DNA from: a virus
Taxonomy: Duplodnaviria > Heunggongvirae > Uroviricota > Caudoviricetes
Reading direction: 5' to 3' (one strand)
DNA length: 19,248 nt
IMG/VR virus record: IMGVR_UViG_3300021600_000003
Coordinates: 1-19,248 of that record
In this document: in pieces, positions 1 through 6,200 of the stretch
Layout: every line of letters begins with the position of its first letter
Position numbering within the stretch: the first letter of the stretch is position 1
Translations under genes and position numbers: made by a program
Notes under the pieces: model-generated
Databases searched by the model: none
What the model was told of the DNA's origin: nothing
What the model saw: the letters and a program-made list of their open reading frames with translations, nothing else

Positions 1-354
1 TGGAGAAGGACGATGCGTTGATATTTTAGCTTCAGGTATTAAAGTTAAAATTGCATCATTAAATAATTTAATAAATTGTATTGGTTGGTCACTAAATACT
101 CTAACAATTATACTAGATTCATTAGTGTAAACTACACCTGAATTCAATACAGATAATAATCTTATATTATCAAAACTAATAGGAATTTTATCTATATTAA
201 TAAATTTATCTAATGAATATTCTCCATGTATTGATAAAGTATCATTATTTGGTTTCATAACTACAATAATAGGTTCTGGAAATGACATTTTTGAACCTAA
301 ATCACTAATAGCTTTTCTTCTAGCAGCAGTTACTATCTCTTTTATTAATCTCAT
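1..354 (-). CDS. Hypothetical protein, partial (118 codons, runs off the left edge; not in the ORF track)
   Basis: Hand translation: ATG at 354-352 directly follows the TAA (357-355) of the upstream gene. MRLIKEIVTAARRKAISDLGSKMSFPEPIIVVMKPNNDTLSIHGEYSLDKF...KISTHRPSP has no stop to base 1. No family recognised. Confidence 0.8.
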   Translation of the reverse strand, partial: MRLIKEIVTAARRKAISDLGSKMSFPEPIIVVMKPNNDTLSIHGEYSLDKFINIDKIPISFDNIRLLSVLNSGVVYTNESSIIVRVFSDQPIQFIKLFNDAILTLIPEAKISTHRPSP

Positions 355-1041
355 TTAGATATAATTTATAATAGATAAAGGATTAAATGTTAAAAGATTT
401 ATTAAGTCACCATCAGGATTACCACTATCACATGTTTGTAATACATTACTAACTGTTATTGTAGGATTACTATATATATTAGTAAATATATTATTACTAT
501 CTGTAGTAGTTCCTAAAGTTATACATAGTGGAGCATATACTGTTTTTAACAAAGAATTTCCATTAAAGCATTCATTACCTATAAAAGTTGTAACAGGAAC
601 ATTTACAGAAACTAGTGCTGTATCATTAAAGAATGTCAAATCTGCAATACTAGTTGCAGCTGGAAGACTTACAGTAGTAAGAAGTGAACATAACCAAAGA
701 GAACCAGATCCAGTACTAGTAATACAATTTGCTGTATCTATAATACTTACTAAATTACCCCCAGTTTTACCAACCTGAAATAGATAATCTCTAAGATGAA
801 TATTACTTCCACCTATTAATTTTACTGTATTTCCTTGTATCATAAGTCTTGTAAAGGGATTTCCATTAGTTGGAAAATCAAAAAAAGTATTCCAAGCTAA
901 AAGACTTGTATAATTAGTTACAAGATTACTTGCATTAGTAATATTATCAAAAGTTAATAGTAAAGCTGGTCCATATGCATAACAATAGCAGTAAGGACCT
1001 GTCATCATATTTATAATATCTTGTGATAATGTCTGAGACAT
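355..1041 (-). CDS. BspA/TpLRR-like leucine-rich-repeat protein, possible virion-surface adhesin
   Basis: C-terminal half has about 2-3 TpLRR-like units (SLPAATSIADLTFFNDTALVSVNVPVTTFIGNECFNGNSLLKTVYAPLCITLG), matching the LP..SIG..AF..C..L..V..P pattern. N-terminal half is Thr/Asn-rich and beta-prone. No signal peptide seen. Confidence 0.6.
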   Translation of the reverse strand: MSQTLSQDIINMMTGPYCYCYAYGPALLLTFDNITNASNLVTNYTSLLAWNTFFDFPTNGNPFTRLMIQGNTVKLIGGSNIHLRDYLFQVGKTGGNLVSIIDTANCITSTGSGSLWLCSLLTTVSLPAATSIADLTFFNDTALVSVNVPVTTFIGNECFNGNSLLKTVYAPLCITLGTTTDSNNIFTNIYSNPTITVSNVLQTCDSGNPDGDLINLLTFNPLSIINYI

Positions 1042-1047
1042 AATTAA

Positions 1048-1557
1048 TTATAAAGTTGACATACATGAAATAATCACTGTTGCATCTCCTGTTGTAGTCC
1101 ACGATATATCACCTGTTCCAAATACTGTAGAAGCAACAAAGTTAATTGAAAATCCTACAGGAAGTCCTGTTGCTGTTTGTACACCACCACCTAAACTACC
1201 TGTCATATCTACTGTACCTGTAGTTCCAATAATAGTAATAGCTACAGAATGTAATTTTGTTACATCTACATTACCAGCAAGAGTATCACTAGCATTAGGA
1301 CCTACTATAATCATGTTTGGAACATTATATGTACCAACTATAGCATCTGTATTACAAATAGACACATCTTGTTTGGCTATGCTTACAGTAGCCATAACGT
1401 CGATAGGGGACCCAACAGGATCCCCATTACAATCGATAGGTTGATAATTTTTTACTACTGTTCCACTTAATTGGGAAAGGTTGCAGTCTAAAGTACATTG
1501 TAGACTACGGAGCTTTTTAGCTACTTCTGATAGCTGCTCTAGAGGTGATTTTGCCAT
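1048..1557 (-). CDS. Hypothetical beta-rich protein, possibly a virion structural or decoration protein
   Basis: 169 aa. Short helical N-terminus (PLEQLSEVAKKLRSLQC) then a Thr/Gly/Val-rich beta-strand region. A-rich initiation context (AAAAAAAAAGATATAAAAT-ATG). Function is inferred from composition only. Confidence 0.55.
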   Translation of the reverse strand: MAKSPLEQLSEVAKKLRSLQCTLDCNLSQLSGTVVKNYQPIDCNGDPVGSPIDVMATVSIAKQDVSICNTDAIVGTYNVPNMIIVGPNASDTLAGNVDVTKLHSVAITIIGTTGTVDMTGSLGGGVQTATGLPVGFSINFVASTVFGTGDISWTTTGDATVIISCMSTL

Positions 1558-1578
1558 ATTTTATATCTTTTTTTTAAC

Positions 1579-1605
1579 GCCTTTTGGGGCCAGCCCTTAG
1601 AAGGC
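1579..1605 (+). other. GC-rich intergenic stem-loop
   Basis: GCCTTTTGGGG-CCAGC-CCTTAGAAGGC gives an 11-bp stem (8 Watson-Crick, 3 G-U) as plus-strand RNA. No downstream U-tract on either strand, so it is not called a terminator. Confidence 0.5.
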
Positions 1606-1622
1606 TCACATAGATAATATAG

Positions 1623-1630
1623 CAAATTTA
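1623..1630 (-). promoter_or_regulatory. Possible Bacteroidota -7 promoter element (TAAATTTG, followed by C)
   Basis: Matches TAnnTTTG and overlaps the stop codon of the 157-aa gene, 65 nt before the next ATG. No TTTG -33 element at 19-21 nt spacing, so it may be chance. Confidence 0.3.
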
Positions 1631-2101
1631 TTTCAAATTACCAAAACTTTCTACTACTTTTCTTACTTCCTCTGGAGAAACGAATGCTTGCTCGACAAAA
1701 TCAGTATCTTCCCATGGTCCAAACTGATCCCAACGTAGGAAGTTTTCTGATTTTAGTAGATTTTTATTCTCAGGATATCCAAATATCTCAGGATCACTTT
1801 TACCAAATAGAACTATTCCGTTCTTTAAACCCTTAAAGTTGAAATGAACCATATGTGGAAAGAAGTTCTCTACAGATATAAACATATCTGCTCCTCTCAT
1901 TAACTCTATTAACTCTTTAGAGGATAATCCAAACTGGGTTGCAGAAGCTAATTGTCTTTCTCCTAGAGCTCCAACTTGTATAACTTCATGATTATCAGCT
2001 AGTAATAGAGATATTAAAGGTTGCCAATATGGATAATTCTTAGGGTGAGGAGTATCTTTTTCTCTTAACTGTTTACTAAATGGTGATATTATAATTTTCA
2101 T
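1628..2101 (-). CDS. GT9 (heptosyltransferase-like, GT-B fold) C-terminal donor-binding half encoded as its own gene
   Basis: IISPFS...HPKNYPYWQPLISLL...EVIQVG..GE...LSSKELIELMRGADMFISVENFFPHM...GIVLFGKSDPEIFGYPEN follows the GT9 C-domain pattern (hP.s...K.Wp...l...L..v..G...e...sL.el..li..adl.i..Ds...Hla...v.lFG.t.p..wgP). Confidence 0.7.
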   Translation of the reverse strand: MKIIISPFSKQLREKDTPHPKNYPYWQPLISLLLADNHEVIQVGALGERQLASATQFGLSSKELIELMRGADMFISVENFFPHMVHFNFKGLKNGIVLFGKSDPEIFGYPENKNLLKSENFLRWDQFGPWEDTDFVEQAFVSPEEVRKVVESFGNLK

Positions 2102-2184
2102 TCTTTCATTTTTATGTGTAAGATTTCTTCTACCTGCATACGATTTTTTAGGTTACTATCCAACCATGTTTGTTTAAATGTCAT
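2098..2184 (-). CDS. 28-aa mini-ORF bridging the two GT9-like halves
   Basis: MTFKQTWLDSNLKNRMQVEEILHIKMKE*. Its ATG overlaps the upstream TGA (ATGA at 2184-2181) and its TGA overlaps the downstream ATG (ATGA at 2101-2098). It fills the 79-nt gap exactly. Confidence 0.5.
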   Translation of the reverse strand: MTFKQTWLDSNLKNRMQVEEILHIKMKE

Positions 2185-3197
2185 AGATACATTCTCCTGA
2201 AACCCTCTATAAGATGGATTTTCTCTTTTGTATCCCATAGTAATTTATATACTTGGAAAGGTGTAATATCTCCATATATAGCTTTAGCATCTGCTATAGA
2301 AATAATGTTTAACTCTGGCTCATCCCAAAAGACATCTGGAAAACATGCTGCTATAGTAATATGTTTATGTTTTTCCTTTAATTCTGGTAAGATATTCTTA
2401 AAAGCCCAATGATCTCCAATTCCACAATCTAATATAACCATCTTACTATCTTCCTCAGATACATTCCAAAGTGATAGATAGGCTTTGAATATCTTCTCAT
2501 CATGTTCCCATAATATTGGGTCATTAAATGTACGAATACCTCCTTCTCTAGCTTGGAAGTGATATACCTGAGCATTCATATTTACCATTAATTTATATCC
2601 TGCTCTCTTGAGTGAGTGAGAGAATATAGTCTCTTCACGGTGAGCTACGGTAGATAATGTCAAATCATAGTTCATCAATCCTTTTCTGTATAGAAAACAT
2701 GAATAAAGATGATCTGCTTCGTGAATACCTTCTCCTTTAAACCATTGGATATTAGGTGTTTTTAGGTTATCTATTCTATTTTTGAGTCCTACTGGGAGTG
2801 GCTGAGGATTAGGCATAGTGACAGAAGGAGCAACAGCACCAATCTTCTCGTCCTTAGATATGATTGCATTTAGTTTTCTTAAGGTTTCTGGTTCAGCAAT
2901 ACAATCATCATCGATTCGGAAGACTAATTCTGTCTCAGCACAATCCTGAATCATCTGATGGGAGTGATGCTGACCTTTCTTCACTCCAAATTTAACCTGC
3001 CACTTTATGTTCTTCTCGTCAAATAGACGGAAGATATACTCATAATGTGGAATAGTGGTAAGATTTATTGGCTTATCACTATCATCTACAATAATAACCT
3101 CATATGGAGGTACAGATTGTAACGCAATAGATAAGAGAGTCTTATCCAGACTCTCATATCTATTTTTTGTGGGGATACCGCAAGTGATTTTAGTCAT
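2181..3197 (-). CDS. GT2-family glycosyltransferase fused to a GT9-like N-terminal module
   Basis: GT-A motifs CGIPTKNRYESL, IIVDDS, VFRIDDDC (DxD) and AHREETIFS. The last ~88 aa (KMVILDCGIGDHWAFKNILPELKEKHKHITIAAC) resemble the GIGD start of GT9 acceptor domains. Confidence 0.8.
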   Translation of the reverse strand: MTKITCGIPTKNRYESLDKTLLSIALQSVPPYEVIIVDDSDKPINLTTIPHYEYIFRLFDEKNIKWQVKFGVKKGQHHSHQMIQDCAETELVFRIDDDCIAEPETLRKLNAIISKDEKIGAVAPSVTMPNPQPLPVGLKNRIDNLKTPNIQWFKGEGIHEADHLYSCFLYRKGLMNYDLTLSTVAHREETIFSHSLKRAGYKLMVNMNAQVYHFQAREGGIRTFNDPILWEHDEKIFKAYLSLWNVSEEDSKMVILDCGIGDHWAFKNILPELKEKHKHITIAACFPDVFWDEPELNIISIADAKAIYGDITPFQVYKLLWDTKEKIHLIEGFRRMYL

Positions 3198-3273
3198 TTA
3201 AGTAATTTATTGCATTATATTGCTTCTTCTTGTATTCTAGATTCTTCTGTTTCTTTTCTTCTAACGTTTGCAT
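3190..3273 (-). CDS. Possible 27-aa Lys-rich mini-ORF overlapping the end of the giant enzyme and the start of the next gene
   Basis: MQTLEEKKQKNLEYKKKQYNAINYLND*, preceded by AAAAACAAAT. It starts just after the point where the GT2 domain ends like its sister domains (LKNKY versus LLERY, LLQKY, LYNKY). Confidence 0.25.
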   Translation of the reverse strand: MQTLEEKKQKNLEYKKKQYNAINYLND

Positions 3274-6200
3274 ATTTGTTTTTAAGTAATTGTGTTTTCT
3301 CTTCTGTTCTTTTAGGAGCCATTCCTGTTGATTTCACAGTATAGGTTAATAACTTCTCGGGATTATGGATAAATGAACAACCTAAATCATCTAACCTTAA
3401 CCACATATCCCAATCCTCTATACTATCTAATCTATCATCAAAACGTTGGTGAGATAAAACATGATATCTACACACTACTCCTGATATAAAGATAAAAGGT
3501 GTCTCTAACATTATCTTTCCACCGGGATACTCTAGAGGATCTGGTATACCATACGGAATTGCTTCTTGACCATTATCGAATTGATGTCGAACTGATGAGT
3601 ATATAATATCATTGATGTCGATTTTATTTAACTGTTTCATCATGTAATCTTTATCCCATATATCATCGCTATCACAGAAGGCAATATGTGTAAAATCTCC
3701 ACTTGTTACTTTATTTAATCCCATATTACGAGCAGATGATGGACCACCATTCTCTTTCTCTATAATAGTAATCTTAGGATGACTAGCTAGAATTTTTACT
3801 GCTTTTTGTCTATCTTCACTACCATCATCTATTATAAATAATGTCCAATTAAGGAATGACTGTCCTGTGATTGCTGATACTGACTTTAAAAGATTAGCTT
3901 CATCATTATAATAAGGCATAATTATAGCTACTTTGCTTACATCTAGTAATCCCTTATCTGTTAAATACTGTTGATTTTCTTGTACAAAGATAGGAAAACT
4001 ATGATCAATTTCCCATTTTTTTGTAATTATATTAGAATTTCTTCCAAAATGCTCTCTTCCCTGTGAGATAAGATAATTAATACGAGTACTATCCTTATAC
4101 TCTAAAGTATTTAACTCCTGATGAGCCCATCCTTCTAATTTCTGTATAATAGCTTTACTACCACCCATCCATGAGAAATGCCATCCACCATCAGATATCT
4201 TTTGGTCATTAGACATCTCCTCATATCTTAATCCTGTTAGAGATAATTTTCTTTCTCTTATAAACTTCATTGGAGCTATACGTGAGAAGGTAGAAGGTGC
4301 TATAGTAGAAATACCTACATTATAGTTAAGATAATAACTAAACTGATTCTGCTCAAAGAATTTAGGTTCTTCATAGTTATCAATCTTACTAGCTCTAGGT
4401 ATTTCATCTAAATCAGATACTATAATCATATCCTCATCTTTAGCTATAGGTTCTAGAGCATTTATTATAAAGTCTCTCTGATGATGTTCTCTTACCCAAG
4501 GATCAACAGTTTCTATATTTGGTGGGATAACGATTATAATCTTATCTGACCATTTAGCAAAAAGTTCTAGATTCTCTGATAGATATAATGGTTTAGGCTT
4601 ACCTGAATGAGTTTGTTCCATTTCAGATATGATAAAGTAATCTACCTGATTATATAACTCATTTAATCGTATCTCTAATAAGTCTAACTCATTAAAGAAA
4701 GAAAAACAATCAAATACTTTATAACTTCTTGTTTGTGAGGAAGTTATTAATTGCTTATCTTTATAATATTGTAAGTTATCCTGTACATACTTTGGATGAT
4801 TAGAGAAGTCTATTATCTTAGTAAAGTGTAAATTTCTTCTAAAAATATCTTTACCATTTAATATAGCATCTTCTAAATGTTGGTCATTAGTAAAGTAGTC
4901 ATTATTAAATTCAGAGTGTGAGTAGGCTTGAATCTTCTGTTTAACAGATTTAACATCTCCTAAGAATGAGAAGTGCCATCCACCATTAGGAATAATCATA
5001 TTATATACATAATCATCTTTACCTCTATAACTCTGCATATCCTTTCCAAATAAAGCTGAGAATGGGAAGATACGAGCTTTAAACCATCTCTCCTCTATCT
5101 GCCAATCTAACTTATAGTAGAATAAAGACATCTCAATAGCACATACTCCCATATCTACTTGATACTTCTGTATTACTTCTTTTCTTACTATCTCATCACA
5201 ATCAGACATTATAATAATATCATTAGGCTGATAGTCAGCTAAACCATCCATTATAGCACGTCTCTGATAATGTTCTCTATCCCAAGTAGATGTACAATTA
5301 GGAAATTCATGTAGTAATATATAATGTACCTTATCTGCTTTATCTCCTAGAGATTTCCAGTCAAAATACATTGGTTTTGCATTCCCTTGATGGTCAAATA
5401 ATGATTCTACCACAACAAACTTATCTACTACATCATATAATTCCTCTACACGCATCTTAAATAACTCTACTTCATTATAGAAAATGCATGTATCAATTAC
5501 TTTACCTCTAGGGATAGGTTGTTTAAACCATTTCTTATAACGATTTTCAGGTAATACATACCAGATATTAGCTCCACTAAACACATTTTCCCTTCCAAAT
5601 AAGTCATATAAGGCAGGTGCTACACTATCATTCCACTGAATATCATGACCAGTAATCAGACATCCATCCTTAACTTTTGGAAGCCAAGCTTTTACATCTC
5701 TTTGAACTCCCTCATAACGATGGTCAGCATCTATGAATACTAAATCACAAGATTTATCATTAAATAAGAAAGCAGAATCTGCACTATCCATAGGATATAT
5801 CTTAACATAATCTGTTAATCCAAATCTCTCAATATTGTCTTTAAAGATTTGAAGTAAGTCCATACCTTTTACTTGTGCACCATCTTCCATTTCCCAAGGT
5901 GAACCTTTAAATGTATCAATAGCATGTACTTGTATATTCTTCTCTTTGATTATTTCTGCAGCAGAACATAATGAACGTCCCATCCATACACCAATTTCAG
6001 CCATTACTCCTCCATCTGGAATTCTTCTAATTAATTCTTTATAGAATGCTTGATCATCCCATCCAAACCATCCTCCGGGTAATTCTTTCTCTAGATAAAC
6101 ACCATACTTATTATATAAGTGATGAACATATTGTTCTAAACGTTGTTTGGATTGACCATATAATGGAGCAAATGTACCACCACCTATATGCATAATAGGA

